Counted from the stretch's first letter, positions 19,898 through 30,848 are shown. The stretch: 64,000 nt of DNA from Candidatus Latescibacterota bacterium (GCA_965198115.1 OZ240241.1:1696001-1760000); one strand, 5' to 3'. The notes: a model not told the origin generated them from the sequence alone. Numbers and translations are program-made.

Positions 19898-22432
19898 CTA
19901 AGGAACAGCCACGGTCTGTTCTTCCGATGAATCCCCGAAGCTGCTGCCGAGACGGGCCACGATCCGGTAGACGTAGACCCTGCCCGACAGCACCGTCGTG
20001 TCCACGTAGGTCGTGGTCTGCAGCCCTGTTGCAACCGTGATGAAGGTCCCCGATGACGAGTCCGACCCGGGTTCTTTGCGCTGAACGCTGAAAGAGTCGA
20101 ACGACCCGACGGCGCTCCAGGTCAGCGTGACGTCGGGCGTGGCCGTCGCCTGTGCCTGGACGTTCGTAGGCACCAGGATACCCGTGCCCAGAGCCGTCCT
20201 CGACACGGAACTCGACAGATCGCTCTCGTTGCTGTCCCCGTCCAGGGCGCTGACGCGGTAGATGTAAGTCGACCCGGTCGTCAGCCCCTCGTCGACATAG
20301 GTGGTCGACGACACCTCGGCGACTTGAATGAGTCCCGACGCTTCCGTCTCGAGTGCCCGATAGACGCGATAGGTGGCCAACCCGGTCAAATCCGAGCCGC
20401 CCGTATCCGTCTTCGGCGAGGTCCACGAAACCGAAATCGAGGTGCTGCTGGGACTTTCCAAAACGATCTGCGTCGGCGTGGCCGGCGCTCGATCATCCAG
20501 GGGAACCTGGGCAGAAACGAACAGGGACAGCTCGCTTTCCAGTCCTCCCAACCCGAGTGCCTGCACCCTGTAAACCACCGTGTCTCCTGGTGTGAGGGGC
20601 GAATCGACGTAAGTTGTTTGGATCGTCGAAAAAGTGCCCTGAGCCGCCGCATCGGCGGGATCTGCGAAACGCAAGACCCTGTAGCCGGTCAGTTCCGCTT
20701 CGGTGTTGGCCGACCAGCTTACCGTCACACGCGCGATGTCGGGCGTGGCAGTAACGTTCGTTGGCGCTTCGAGCTGGGAGGCGACCGTGCCCGAAACGAA
20801 CGCACTCGGCTCGCTCTCCAAGCCACCTGTCGCGATCGCCACGACGCGGTAGACAAAGGTCGCACCCGCCGTGAGAGGCGAGTCGACCAGCGTGGTCTGA
20901 ACCGTGTTGAAGGTCTGGTCGGGATCGGTGTCGTTCGGGTCGAGGAACCGTTTGACCTCGTAGCCCGTCAATTCGGGTTCACTGTTGGCTCTCCACGTGA
21001 TGATCAGTTGCTGCGGCCCCGCCTCGACTGCAACACCCGTGGGCCGGCTGACGCCGCGAGTCGTCACGGATGAGCCGCTCGACCTGGGGCCCACGTTTCC
21101 GACCACGTCGACCGCACTGATCGCGTAGAAATATCGCGTCAGCTGGGCCACGGTCGTGTCTTCGTAGGTCTCCTGCAACACATCGACCTCAGCCAACAGA
21201 ACGAACGAGCTTGCCGACTCACGCGACCTGAAGATGCGGTAGCCTGCGAGTCCCGTGATGTCATCGCCGTCGCTGTCGGTTGTGGGTGCCGTCCACGTCA
21301 ACGACACGAGTCGCAGGTCGGTTTCGCTCAAGCTGACGATGACATCGGAGGGCGCTGCAGGGGGCGTCTCGTCCGATGTAGCGACACCGTCGACGAAAGT
21401 AGAGGCGGGGCTTCTGCGCAGACCCAACTGTGGATCATCGGCCACTGCCTGGATCTTGTAGAAATAGACCTGATCGGCGACGAGGTTGCTGTCGACGTAG
21501 GTCGTGAGTGCCGTCGTAAACAGTGTATCCGAAGTCACCGGCAAGAAGGTCGCCTGCGTGTCCGTCGCTCGAAGGATGAGATACCCGATCAGACTCGGAT
21601 CGTTCACGGCAGTCCAGCTGATGTCGATCGCATCGATGCCCGACGTGGTCTGGATGTTGACCGGTGTCTGGAGACCCGTATTGCCCGTCGTGATGGACGC
21701 CGACGTCGAGCGTCCACTCTCGTTCGTATCGCCATCGACCGCGCTCACGCGGTAGAAATACTGGGACCCGACCACCAACCCCGCTGAATCGATAAAAGCC
21801 GTCGCGGTGGAGGCGACCTCGGCAATCTGAACGAAGGCGTCCTGAGAGTCCTGCGATCGGAATACTCGATAGGTCTCAAGACCCGTGAGGGGAAGACTGT
21901 TCGCGTCACTCAGGGGCGCGTTCCAGGTGAGCGTCACATATCCCGTGGAAGCATCGGCGACCGCCGAAAGATCCGTGGGCTGGCCGGGAGGACGGCTGTC
22001 GTCCTGCGCCTCCGCATTCACGAAAACGGACAGTTCGCTCTGCCGATCGACGACATCGACGGTAGACAGCCGGTAGAAGTAGACCTTGGCCACCGACAGA
22101 TCCACCGTCGAATCCACGAAGGTCGTCCGAGCCGTGGAGATGAGCGTATCGGCGTCTTCACCACTCAGACGAACATATCCCTCCGTCGCGACTGTCGACC
22201 GCCAGATACCGTAGCCCTTCAAATCGTTGCTGACGACGGCGTTCCACTGTAGCTGAATCCTTCCAATGTCTCCCACCGCTCGAATGTTCGTGGGCGGGCT
22301 CAGAGCCTCATTTCCGGAAAAGTTGGGATCGATGGGGTTGGTTCGCTCTCGACCGCACGCAACGATCAACAGAACCAACGCAACCGTGCAAAAGCGGCCG
22401 ACACGCTGCCGCCAGGAGTGCGTCATCTTCAT
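19898..22432 (-). CDS. Lipoprotein with about 8 tandem fibronectin type III domains
   Basis: Lipobox LIVAC; repeated P..P....L.W...GY..Y/FR...Y.D....Y.YRV.A. Confidence 0.88.
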   Translation of the reverse strand: MKMTHSWRQRVGRFCTVALVLLIVACGRERTNPIDPNFSGNEALSPPTNIRAVGDIGRIQLQWNAVVSNDLKGYGIWRSTVATEGYVRLSGEDADTLISTARTTFVDSTVDLSVAKVYFYRLSTVDVVDRQSELSVFVNAEAQDDSRPPGQPTDLSAVADASTGYVTLTWNAPLSDANSLPLTGLETYRVFRSQDSQDAFVQIAEVASTATAFIDSAGLVVGSQYFYRVSAVDGDTNESGRSTSASITTGNTGLQTPVNIQTTSGIDAIDISWTAVNDPSLIGYLILRATDTQATFLPVTSDTLFTTALTTYVDSNLVADQVYFYKIQAVADDPQLGLRRSPASTFVDGVATSDETPPAAPSDVIVSLSETDLRLVSLTWTAPTTDSDGDDITGLAGYRIFRSRESASSFVLLAEVDVLQETYEDTTVAQLTRYFYAISAVDVVGNVGPRSSGSSVTTRGVSRPTGVAVEAGPQQLIITWRANSEPELTGYEVKRFLDPNDTDPDQTFNTVQTTLVDSPLTAGATFVYRVVAIATGGLESEPSAFVSGTVASQLEAPTNVTATPDIARVTVSWSANTEAELTGYRVLRFADPADAAAQGTFSTIQTTYVDSPLTPGDTVVYRVQALGLGGLESELSLFVSAQVPLDDRAPATPTQIVLESPSSTSISVSWTSPKTDTGGSDLTGLATYRVYRALETEASGLIQVAEVSSTTYVDEGLTTGSTYIYRVSALDGDSNESDLSSSVSRTALGTGILVPTNVQAQATATPDVTLTWSAVGSFDSFSVQRKEPGSDSSSGTFITVATGLQTTTYVDTTVLSGRVYVYRIVARLGSSFGDSSEEQTVAVP

Positions 22433-22461
22433 CTCCCCGAATCGGATAGCGGAGGTCGTCA

Positions 22462-22911
22462 TCAGAACTGGCGACTCAGCGCCACCCCCAGCTGTTTATT
22501 GTAGACATCGCTGTTCAAGTTCACCGAAAAGTCTTCCTTGATCATGAGGCCGCGGTCCATCTTGGGAATGTTGTCGTCCACCCCGCTGGCCAGAAGCAGT
22601 CGCAGACCACTCACGAACATCACGACCGAAAGCCCGGCCGCCATTTGACTCTTTGTGTCTCGATCGCTCGTCCTCTTGTACAACTCCTCTGCCTCCGCCG
22701 ACGAGGCAGCGAGTAGATAGCGGTCGTAGATGTCGTCCGCGTCACTCCGGAAGTCCAGGGCGCGTTTGGCTAACAGGGCGCTTCCGCCCACGAAGAGAGC
22801 ACCGAACGTACGGCGAACCGTAAACAGAGACTCTGCGCGAACCGAAGCTGCCGCCGACAGATTCAGCAGACACGCTGATAGAAAAGCACAGACCCACTTA
22901 CACGAACGCAT
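22462..22911 (-). CDS. Hypothetical exported or membrane protein
   Basis: Signal peptide, two hydrophobic segments and a terminal ...LSRQF; directly upstream of the FN3 gene. Confidence 0.6.
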   Translation of the reverse strand: MRSCKWVCAFLSACLLNLSAAASVRAESLFTVRRTFGALFVGGSALLAKRALDFRSDADDIYDRYLLAASSAEAEELYKRTSDRDTKSQMAAGLSVVMFVSGLRLLLASGVDDNIPKMDRGLMIKEDFSVNLNSDVYNKQLGVALSRQF

Positions 22912-23153
22912 GATAGACCTTCTCCCCCCTGCCATGAAGGCAGCGCAGGTGGCTAAACTCGGTCAGGTTAGACACGGTATCCGACTTGCGGGTTTCGCGA
23001 GAATACGTCGAACAGAGGACGTCGCGCGAGGCGTCAACCCTTGTGTGGGAGGGGAGTGCGGCGGATTGAGCGTCGGAACGGGAGGAACGTCTAAACATAG
23101 ACCATGCCTCTTCCAAAGGCAACGAAGACGTGCCTGAATTCGACGACCGTAGA

Positions 23154-23915
23154 TCACGCGTCAGGCCCCCTCACGACGCGTATGCCGGCGGCGTAGTCGG
23201 CAAGGGTTCGACCGTTCCGATCGACGAATACCCACAGCGCCCCCACCCCGAGCGTCACCGGATAAACCAAGTAGGCGACAACGATCCTGATGACGTTTCG
23301 AAGCATGCTTGGAGCCTTTCCTGCCGCATCGACGAGCCTGACGCCGGCCTCCTTCAACCCCACCGAAGATCCTGTCCTCGCCCATTGCGGCGCGACGATC
23401 AGAATGCGGTAGACGACGAGAGCCCCGTAGTAGGGTCCGTAGTCTTGAACCGCACCGAGCAGCCTTTCGGGATCGGTGAAGAAGTCCACGGCCTGATCGA
23501 GGAAGGCGGGCTCATCCGGTGGTCGCCCACGACCTCTTCCCCGGCCTCCCCCGCCCCGTCTGGGTCCACGACCGCCGCCTTCGTTCGCCCCGCCGCCGAC
23601 TGATATGACACCGGCTCCTGCAAGAATCAGACCGATGATTCCCGCAGGCAGCAGAGAAACAAACAGGTCGACGGCGCTCCCCCAAAGCCGACGCAAACCC
23701 GATGGCGCGTCTGACGATTCAGACGATGGGACCGTGACTTCGTCCAGGCGGTCGAGCCGCGATCGAATCTCCGACTGCACCAAACGGAATCGGTCTGGAT
23801 ACGATTCCCGGTCGAGGTGCGCGAACACGTCCTCGAGCTGATCGAGGCTGTAGCCCCGAATGAGCGTCTCGAACGCACGTTCCTCATCGACAGCTTCGCG
23901 CGTCTCTTCCATCAC
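23154..23915 (-). CDS. RDD family membrane protein
   Basis: RRLWG..VD, G.S.G....GVRLVD, RN.IR, RTLAD.AAG.RVV. Confidence 0.8.
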   Translation of the reverse strand: MMEETREAVDEERAFETLIRGYSLDQLEDVFAHLDRESYPDRFRLVQSEIRSRLDRLDEVTVPSSESSDAPSGLRRLWGSAVDLFVSLLPAGIIGLILAGAGVISVGGGANEGGGRGPRRGGGGRGRGRGRPPDEPAFLDQAVDFFTDPERLLGAVQDYGPYYGALVVYRILIVAPQWARTGSSVGLKEAGVRLVDAAGKAPSMLRNVIRIVVAYLVYPVTLGVGALWVFVDRNGRTLADYAAGIRVVRGPDA

Positions 23916-26900
23916 GGCTTCCGGTCCGAGAGCGAGTAGATCGTCGGAATCAACACGAGGGTCACGAACGTGGAAAGCACCAGCCCGCCGATGACGGTGA
24001 TTGCCATGGGTGCCCGAATCTCTGCCCCCTGGCCGATCGGGAACACGACATTCAGCATCCCGATGGCCGTCGTGTGGATGAGCGCGGGCAAAACGGTGCC
24101 GAACGTCCGGTCGAACGCATCGACGATGGGCCTCAGGTTGAAGATTCCCAACGCCATGGGCAGGAGACCCAGCACCGTCGTCGACGTCGTCATGAGAATC
24201 GGTCGGAGTCGGACCCGACAGGCCTGCTCGATGGCCTCCAGCTTGGGGATGTGCTGCTCTCGCCGGAGGGTGTTGATGTAATCGATCAACACGATCGCAT
24301 TGTTAACGACGATGCCGGCAAGCATGATGAGCCCGATCAGAACCACGACGCTCACAGATTGTCCCGTCGCCAACAAAATCAGAATCACACCGACCAGACC
24401 AAAGGGGATGGAGAACATGATCACGAACGGATGCACCAACGATTCGAACTGCGATGCCATCACCAGATAGACGAGAAAGATGGCCAGCCCGATCGCCAAC
24501 CGCATGCTTTCGAACGATCGCTCCCGTTCTTCGTTCTGCCCGCCCACGCGGATGTTGTAATCGCTTGGGTAGGCCATGGCCGATAGCTCATCCTCGATAT
24601 CCCGTACAGCCTCACTCAGGTCTCGGCCTTCGAGGTTGGCCGAGACGATCGCCACGCGCTCCTGGTCGATGCGACGTATTTCGGCCGGTCCCATTTCGAC
24701 CTGTAGATCGGCGACCACCGCCAACGGGATCGGCGTCTGCGCACTCGCCGGGCTGATGATCAGTCGTCGAAGATCGTCGACCGTGCTCCTGTGCTCCTCG
24801 GACGCGCGAACGCGGATATCCACACGACGGTCGCCCCGGGTGAACTCCGTGGCCACTTCACCCTGCACCTGATTCCGAATGATCTGCCCGATCGAGAAGA
24901 TCGTCGTTCCCAGCTGGGCGACGCGTTTTCGGTTGAAACGGATCTGGACCTCTGGGTTCCCGCCTGCGGCACTCGTCTTCAAATCGGCGAGACCATCGAT
25001 TCCTTCGATTCGGTCTACGACCTCGTCCGACAACGTTCTGAGCGTCGCGAGATTGTATCCCGATACCTCCACCTCGATCGGCGTCTTCGACGAAAAGAGC
25101 GACGGCCGCGAGAACTTGCACTCGACGGATGGAAAGTCGGCCAGCGCAAGACGTAGCCGCTCCATCACCGCCTCCTCCTTGTCGCGTATCACCCCTTCGG
25201 CCAGCGCAACGTTGATCTGCGCGATGTTCTCCCGCTCTTCGGCCGATGACCCACCCGACGAGGTGCTCGATCCGACAATGCTGTAAACGGTCGTGACCTG
25301 GGGCTCCGCACGAATCGCCCGCTCGAGATCCCGTACCACCGCCTCCGTCAACGCCAGGGGTGTGCCGACCGGCATTTCGACCGCGATGATGAACTCGCCC
25401 TGGCTCATTTCGGGGATCAGCTCGCTTCCGAGAAATCGCACGAGACCCCCCGATGCCCCCAGAAACCCGATGGCGATCAGGATGACCACGAGTCGATGCC
25501 GCAGAGCCCAGTGGATGATGCGCGGGTAGATCGCATAGGCACGATCCATGATCATGTTGAACACGAAGAAAAACGGCGTCAGAAGCTTGAGCGCCCCTCG
25601 ACCGATGGCCGACAGCGTCCGACCGAACAGCGCGACGATTCGGGGAGCCGTCTTTCCTCGTTCATCCCCCGCAGCACGGCGCCGGCGCTCGACCTCTGCC
25701 ATTTCCGACATCCACCTGAATTCTAGAGAGGCCAGCATGGGAATAAGGGTCAGGGCGACGAGCAGAGAGGCGACGAGGGAGAAAGTCACCGTCAACGCCT
25801 GATCTCGAAACAGCTGGCCCGCGATCCCCTCGACGAACACGATCGGCACGAACACGCAAATCGTCGTCATCGTCGCAGCGATCACGGCCTGCCCGACTTC
25901 GCTCGCGCCAGTGTTCGTCGCCTCCAGTGCGTCCTTACCCTCTTCTCGGTGGCGCTGGACATTCTCGAGCACGACGATCGAGTTGTCGACGAGCATGCCG
26001 ATTCCGAGCGCCAACCCACCGAGTGACATGATGTTCAGACTGACCTCGGACACGAACATCAGGAAGAACGTCGCCACGACGGAAATGGGAATCGACAGAC
26101 TGATGATGGCCGTGCTCTTGGGGTTTCGCAAAAACAAATAGAGAATGATGATGGCCAGGAAGCCTCCCATGACCGCCGTGTTGAGAACCTCGGACACGGA
26201 CTCCCGGATGAAGACGGACTGGTCGAACACCACCTCCACGCGCGACATACCCAGCAGGGCGTCCCCGTCTTTTCGAAACTCCGCCAGAGCCTCGTGAACA
26301 CGCTGGGCGACGGTTACCGTGTTGGCGTCCCCCTCCTTGTAGACGGCGAGCTCAACGCTCTCCTGGCCGTTGATGCGCGTGATCACCTGGCGTTCTCGGT
26401 GACCCCGCTTGACCTGCCCGACGTCGCTGAGTGTGATGATCGCGCCGTCCCGGTCCCCCACGACGATGTCCCGGATCTCTTCGACCGACTTGAACTCATT
26501 CAGGGTTCGAACGAGGTATTCGGCCTCGCCGTCTTTCAGCTCCCCACCCGTCAGGTTCACGTTCTCCTGTCCTAGCCTCGAGACCACCTGATTCAGCGGG
26601 ATACGCAACGTCGCAAGTTTCGGCCCGTCCACGTCGATGTGGATTTCTTCCTCGAGCCCGCCGTTCACACGGACGGCCGCCACGCCCTCCAGGCTTTCTA
26701 ACTCCGATTTCAGGTGCTCCTCACCCAGCAGACGCAGTGCGATCAGGCTCTCTTCGCCATACAGACCGATCCGAATGATGGGATCGAGCGATGGATCGAA
26801 TCGAAGGAGAACGGGCTTGTCGACATCCTGGGGCAGCTGAAGACGGTCGAGCTTTTCCCGAATATTCAGGGAAGCGAAATCCATGTCGGTGCCCCAGGCG

Positions 26901-27184
26901 AACTCGACGACCACGTCCGAAACGCCAGGACGCGCGGTCGAACTCACCCGGATGACGTTCGTCACGACCCCCACAGCCCCTTCTACGGGTTCCGTAATGA
27001 GCCGTTCGATTTCGGAAGGTGCCGCGCCCTCATACTCGGTGCGGACCGTCACGGTAGGATAGGTGATGTCGGGAAGCAGGTTGATGGACAGCCGCTGGAA
27101 CGCGACCATCCCGAATATGAGCGCGGCCACGACGAACATCGTAACCGTCACTCGCCTGCGTGTGGAAAATCCGATGATCTTCAT
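23912..27184 (-). CDS. RND efflux permease (AcrB/MdtBC family)
   Basis: 1090 aa; GMLVDNSIVV, GIVVNNAIVL, RLRPILMT. Confidence 0.95.
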   Translation of the reverse strand: MKIIGFSTRRRVTVTMFVVAALIFGMVAFQRLSINLLPDITYPTVTVRTEYEGAAPSEIERLITEPVEGAVGVVTNVIRVSSTARPGVSDVVVEFAWGTDMDFASLNIREKLDRLQLPQDVDKPVLLRFDPSLDPIIRIGLYGEESLIALRLLGEEHLKSELESLEGVAAVRVNGGLEEEIHIDVDGPKLATLRIPLNQVVSRLGQENVNLTGGELKDGEAEYLVRTLNEFKSVEEIRDIVVGDRDGAIITLSDVGQVKRGHRERQVITRINGQESVELAVYKEGDANTVTVAQRVHEALAEFRKDGDALLGMSRVEVVFDQSVFIRESVSEVLNTAVMGGFLAIIILYLFLRNPKSTAIISLSIPISVVATFFLMFVSEVSLNIMSLGGLALGIGMLVDNSIVVLENVQRHREEGKDALEATNTGASEVGQAVIAATMTTICVFVPIVFVEGIAGQLFRDQALTVTFSLVASLLVALTLIPMLASLEFRWMSEMAEVERRRRAAGDERGKTAPRIVALFGRTLSAIGRGALKLLTPFFFVFNMIMDRAYAIYPRIIHWALRHRLVVILIAIGFLGASGGLVRFLGSELIPEMSQGEFIIAVEMPVGTPLALTEAVVRDLERAIRAEPQVTTVYSIVGSSTSSGGSSAEERENIAQINVALAEGVIRDKEEAVMERLRLALADFPSVECKFSRPSLFSSKTPIEVEVSGYNLATLRTLSDEVVDRIEGIDGLADLKTSAAGGNPEVQIRFNRKRVAQLGTTIFSIGQIIRNQVQGEVATEFTRGDRRVDIRVRASEEHRSTVDDLRRLIISPASAQTPIPLAVVADLQVEMGPAEIRRIDQERVAIVSANLEGRDLSEAVRDIEDELSAMAYPSDYNIRVGGQNEERERSFESMRLAIGLAIFLVYLVMASQFESLVHPFVIMFSIPFGLVGVILILLATGQSVSVVVLIGLIMLAGIVVNNAIVLIDYINTLRREQHIPKLEAIEQACRVRLRPILMTTSTTVLGLLPMALGIFNLRPIVDAFDRTFGTVLPALIHTTAIGMLNVVFPIGQGAEIRAPMAITVIGGLVLSTFVTLVLIPTIYSLSDRKP

Positions 27185-27197
27185 GTCGAGATCGCTA

Positions 27198-28556
27198 TCA
27201 ACCCCCGCGTCGTCCCATCGTCACGATGCCCTTTTCTGACAGCTCCCGCACGAAGGCTCGCCACTTTTCCGGGTCGGTGCCGATCTCCGGGTCCTTCTTC
27301 ACGCGCTCGTCGAAGATTTTCTTTGCCTTTGGGAAGCGCTCGAAAATACGTGCCTGGAAGCGCTTGATGTCCCCACCACCCACGCGCTGACCTCTTCCCC
27401 CGCCGCGGTCCTCCCAACCTCCCTCGTCCACGCGTCCCGCTGCCTCCGGTGGTGCAACCGAAGCCATCTGCGGTGGCGCATCGCCGACGATACGAACGGC
27501 CGTTCCCGGCCTCAGGCCGTCCTGCCCCACGGTGATGACGACATCCCCGTCCCCGAGTCCATCTGTCACCTCTAGCCGGTCGTTGTCGCTGAACCCGATG
27601 GAAATCTTCCGTCGCTCCGCTCGCCCGCCCTCTTCTGTCTTTGCGTAGACGAAGACCTGATTCCCCTCCCCCTCCAGCACGAGCGCCTTCTTTGGGATGA
27701 CCAGCGTGTTTCGGCGCGTCTCCGTGATGATGTAGACCGACGAAAACATCCCCGGGCGGAGGATCGTGTCGTGGCTCGAAGGGATTTCCACAGTGACTTT
27801 GACAGTCCCGCTCAGCGGGTCCACGATGGGGCTGATCATCTTTACTCGCCCACGGTAATCCCTGCCCGGAGCGCTCTCCACGGTAATGAGGGCCTCCTGG
27901 CCGGTCTGGATGTTGCCGATTTCCTTTTCCGGAACACGGATCCTCGCCAGAAGGGGGTCGAAATCCGCGACCGAAAACAGGATCTGATTGTTGCTCACGA
28001 CGTTGCCGATTTCGACAAGCCGCAACGTGACCGTTCCTTCGACCGGAGACGTAATGCGGGTAAAGTTGAGGTCTAGCTTGGCTTGCTCGTATTGTGCTCG
28101 TGCCCGATCCAACTGCGTTTTCGCGTTCTCGAACTGCTCCTCGCTCACCAGGTTCGATTCGAAAATTTTCTGTATCCGCGCGTGGTTCCGCTGGGCGTCC
28201 AGGAAAGCCACCTCCATCTGCCTGGCCTGCAACTCCGCATCGGCCGCATCGAGCCGCGCCAGGATGTCGCCCTCTCGCACCTTGTCGCCCTCCTCCACGA
28301 GAATGGCAACGACCTGACCCGGGCGACGGGAACGCACATCGACCCACCGCTCCGCTTCCAACGTCGTGTTCTTGAGGACGCTCTTCGAGATTTCACCACG
28401 TCGAATCGACTCCGCTTTGACCGGGACGGCAGCGCTCGGCCGACCACCTCCACGTCGTCCACCTCCTTGATTGGCACCCCGTGCCTGACGTGACTCTTCA
28501 GACCCACAGCTGCCAGCGAACAAGACGACCGTTAGGACGACGCACCACCGATTCAA
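27198..28556 (-). CDS. RND periplasmic adaptor (membrane fusion) lipoprotein
   Basis: Lipobox AGSC, VEEGDKV..G..LA.LD, ITSP..G.V, LRPGMF. Confidence 0.92.
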   Translation of the reverse strand: MNRWCVVLTVVLFAGSCGSEESRQARGANQGGGRRGGGRPSAAVPVKAESIRRGEISKSVLKNTTLEAERWVDVRSRRPGQVVAILVEEGDKVREGDILARLDAADAELQARQMEVAFLDAQRNHARIQKIFESNLVSEEQFENAKTQLDRARAQYEQAKLDLNFTRITSPVEGTVTLRLVEIGNVVSNNQILFSVADFDPLLARIRVPEKEIGNIQTGQEALITVESAPGRDYRGRVKMISPIVDPLSGTVKVTVEIPSSHDTILRPGMFSSVYIITETRRNTLVIPKKALVLEGEGNQVFVYAKTEEGGRAERRKISIGFSDNDRLEVTDGLGDGDVVITVGQDGLRPGTAVRIVGDAPPQMASVAPPEAAGRVDEGGWEDRGGGRGQRVGGGDIKRFQARIFERFPKAKKIFDERVKKDPEIGTDPEKWRAFVRELSEKGIVTMGRRGG

Positions 28557-28759
28557 GCCACACCCCTGAATTCAATAACCTGAGAAAAGCGTGCTGCAAG
28601 GGACGAAGGAGCCCCTTGATCGACCGGATCCGCGGGCAGCGATTCGACGAGAAGAAAGGCGGAAAAATTCCCGCCTCCGCACAGAAAGCGAGTGGTTACT
28701 AACATAGCAATATATAAAAAGGGCACCCGAGAACAACGCAAAATGCCCCAAATCCTTGA

Positions 28760-29170
28760 CTATTTCGCTTTTTCCTCGGTCGCGATTACAAATCTCCTGA
28801 TCCCCGACCCCTTGATCAGATCGAGAATCCGCATGACGTCTCCGTAGGGTAGTGCCCGATCCGCCCGGAGAACCAATCCGCCGCTCGCATCGACCTCGTT
28901 AGACGACGAAGTCAGAATGCCCTGGAGGACCTCCTCCGTAACAGGTTCACCATTGTAAGCCATTTTGCCATCCGAGCTGACGTTCAGGACGAAGTTCCTC
29001 TCTCGCTGAACCTGATCGGCGTTCTGCATGGAGGGCAGTTCGACCTTGAGCGCGGACTGCTCGATGAAACTGGTCGTCACCAGGAAGAAGGTCAGCAAGA
29101 GAAACAGCACATCGATTAGCGACGTGATGTTGATGTTCGGGCGTCGTCGTGCCGGGGTTTGTAGCCGCAC
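28760..29170 (-). CDS. exbD: ExbD/TolR family biopolymer transport protein
   Basis: INITSLIDVLFLLL.FF, LRAD....YG. Confidence 0.92.
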   Translation of the reverse strand: MRLQTPARRRPNINITSLIDVLFLLLTFFLVTTSFIEQSALKVELPSMQNADQVQRERNFVLNVSSDGKMAYNGEPVTEEVLQGILTSSSNEVDASGGLVLRADRALPYGDVMRILDLIKGSGIRRFVIATEEKAK

Positions 29171-29172
29171 GT

Positions 29173-29814
29173 TCAGTCTGCCGATTCGGGTTTGCGCTGG
29201 GGGTCGGCCTGGAATCCGCGCAATTTCTTCAGGAGCATGTTGGAATGCTTCTCGATCTCCAGAACGAGGCCCTCCGCCTTCGTCGTGAAGTAGTTGAAGA
29301 ATACGAGCGCCGGAATCGCGATAAACAGACCGGCGGCCGTGGTCAGAATGGCCTCTGCGATGCCACCGGCCAAAAGGTTTCCCTTCCCCACCCCCACCTC
29401 GGAGATTTCCTGAAAGACTTTGATCATGCCGATCACGGTCCCAAGAAGACCCAGGAGTGGGGAGATGCTGGCCACAGTCTCAAGCACGACGAGACCGCGC
29501 TGAAGATCGCCCATTTCCTGGCGGCCCTGATCCACGATACTCTCACGAATCTCGTCAACCGGTAGGTCGCGGTTGTCCAACCCTGCCTGGATGACGTGCG
29601 CGAACGGCCCTTCGAAGCGGCCGCAAACCGAATGGGCGAGTCCAACATCCTCGGGACCACCGATGTTCTCGATGACGCTCACGATCTCCGGTCGGATGAT
29701 TCGCTGACGTCGCAGGCTGAACGCCCGCTCGATCGCGATCCCGAGTGCAAGTACCGAGCAAAGCAGGAGCGGATACATGATCATTCCGCCCTGCTGGAAC
29801 AGATCCCAAGCCAT
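29173..29814 (-). CDS. exbB: MotA/TolQ/ExbB proton channel protein
   Basis: SPLLGLLGTVIGMI, GIAEAILTTAAGL.IAIP. Confidence 0.92.
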   Translation of the reverse strand: MAWDLFQQGGMIMYPLLLCSVLALGIAIERAFSLRRQRIIRPEIVSVIENIGGPEDVGLAHSVCGRFEGPFAHVIQAGLDNRDLPVDEIRESIVDQGRQEMGDLQRGLVVLETVASISPLLGLLGTVIGMIKVFQEISEVGVGKGNLLAGGIAEAILTTAAGLFIAIPALVFFNYFTTKAEGLVLEIEKHSNMLLKKLRGFQADPQRKPESAD

Positions 29815-29825
29815 ACACGGTTCTC

Positions 29826-30710
29826 CTACCTGGCTTCCCCATCGATGATATACGCGAAGGAGGCCCATATGCCCAGAAAGGGCTCCGGAAAATCCTCGGG
29901 CAGAGGCCGGAAGGGCGCGGACAGTTCGACCGCCTTCACGCTCGTTGTCAGCAACATGTTACTGCCACCCGGCACGAGTACGGTCAACCCCTCGAGCCGC
30001 CCATCGGGATAGATTCGAAACCTGAGTCTGTTCTTGCCTTCGATAGCGCCCAGACGACTGAACGCCGCGGGTGGAAAGATGTTGGACTGGATGCGACGCT
30101 TCAGATACTTGAGATAAGGAGCGAACTTCCAGCTGTATGTGCTGAGTTGAAGCGCACCTTCGTCGAGCGCCCGGGATGCCGTGTTGTCCGTGGCAATCGA
30201 TGCGGGTGCTGCGATCGGGCTACCAAACACCGCCTCTTCTCGCTGCGCCTGCGTCAACTGACCCTGTCGTCGGAGACCCTCGGCGCCCCGCTGGTCTTGA
30301 CGGAGTCGACGACCCGCTTCATCCCCCGGTTGTCTCGAATCGGTCTGTGAATGTGCGTTTCCAGGTCTCGATCGATCCCCGCCGATGCGCGTCTCGAAAG
30401 CTTCTTTGCTCTCGGCTATTCCCTCGCTATGAGCGAGGTCCGACCTGGGAAGGTCCGCTCGGCTCCTGTCTCTGGACGTGGCGTTTCGGTCCGACAGGAA
30501 TCGAGTTTCATCGGGCGCGACATCCTCGGCATTGGCCAGAGACTCCACGAATTCGAAAGCAAGTGGATCGGCTTCGGTCATGACCGGTTGGGAAGCCGAC
30601 GCATCGATCAATCGCCTTGCCGGTTCAAGAAACAGCAGAAACAATACGTGGAGTAGAATGGCGGCCGAATAGGCGGCTGTATATCGATTTGCAAGAGGAA
30701 AGTTCTGCAT
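29826..30710 (-). CDS. TonB-like energy transducer
   Basis: N-terminal TM with an S-x-H motif (SAAILLH), a disordered linker and a TonB-C-like end (APF.PLP); upstream of exbBD. Confidence 0.75.
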   Translation of the reverse strand: MQNFPLANRYTAAYSAAILLHVLFLLFLEPARRLIDASASQPVMTEADPLAFEFVESLANAEDVAPDETRFLSDRNATSRDRSRADLPRSDLAHSEGIAESKEAFETRIGGDRSRPGNAHSQTDSRQPGDEAGRRLRQDQRGAEGLRRQGQLTQAQREEAVFGSPIAAPASIATDNTASRALDEGALQLSTYSWKFAPYLKYLKRRIQSNIFPPAAFSRLGAIEGKNRLRFRIYPDGRLEGLTVLVPGGSNMLLTTSVKAVELSAPFRPLPEDFPEPFLGIWASFAYIIDGEAR

Positions 30711-30811
30711 GGAGTCCCATCGATCGACCAGAAGAGGCCGGAACGCTTAACAATATAGCCGGGGACCATGGCAGACAAGCGTAAAGCCCCGAAAGCCCGA
30801 CAGCTGGCCGG

Positions 30812-30848
30812 AAAAACAAAGGCTCGAGGGACAACTCCCTCGAGCCTT
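30812..30848 (-). terminator. Intrinsic terminator after the giant secreted protein gene
   Basis: 13-bp perfect stem AAGGCTCGAGGGA/TCCCTCGAGCCTT followed by TGTTTTT. Confidence 0.75.

Noticed and set aside
22975-22990. GG-N10-GC site (CGGTATCCGACTTGCG) on the plus strand
   Set aside because: It points antisense to the flanking genes and no credible plus-strand gene follows.
27181-28347. Long alternative-frame and antisense ORFs (also 1345-2274, 2754-3836, 43127-44341)
   Set aside because: They are Arg/Gly/Pro-rich shadows of well-supported genes, typical of high-GC DNA.
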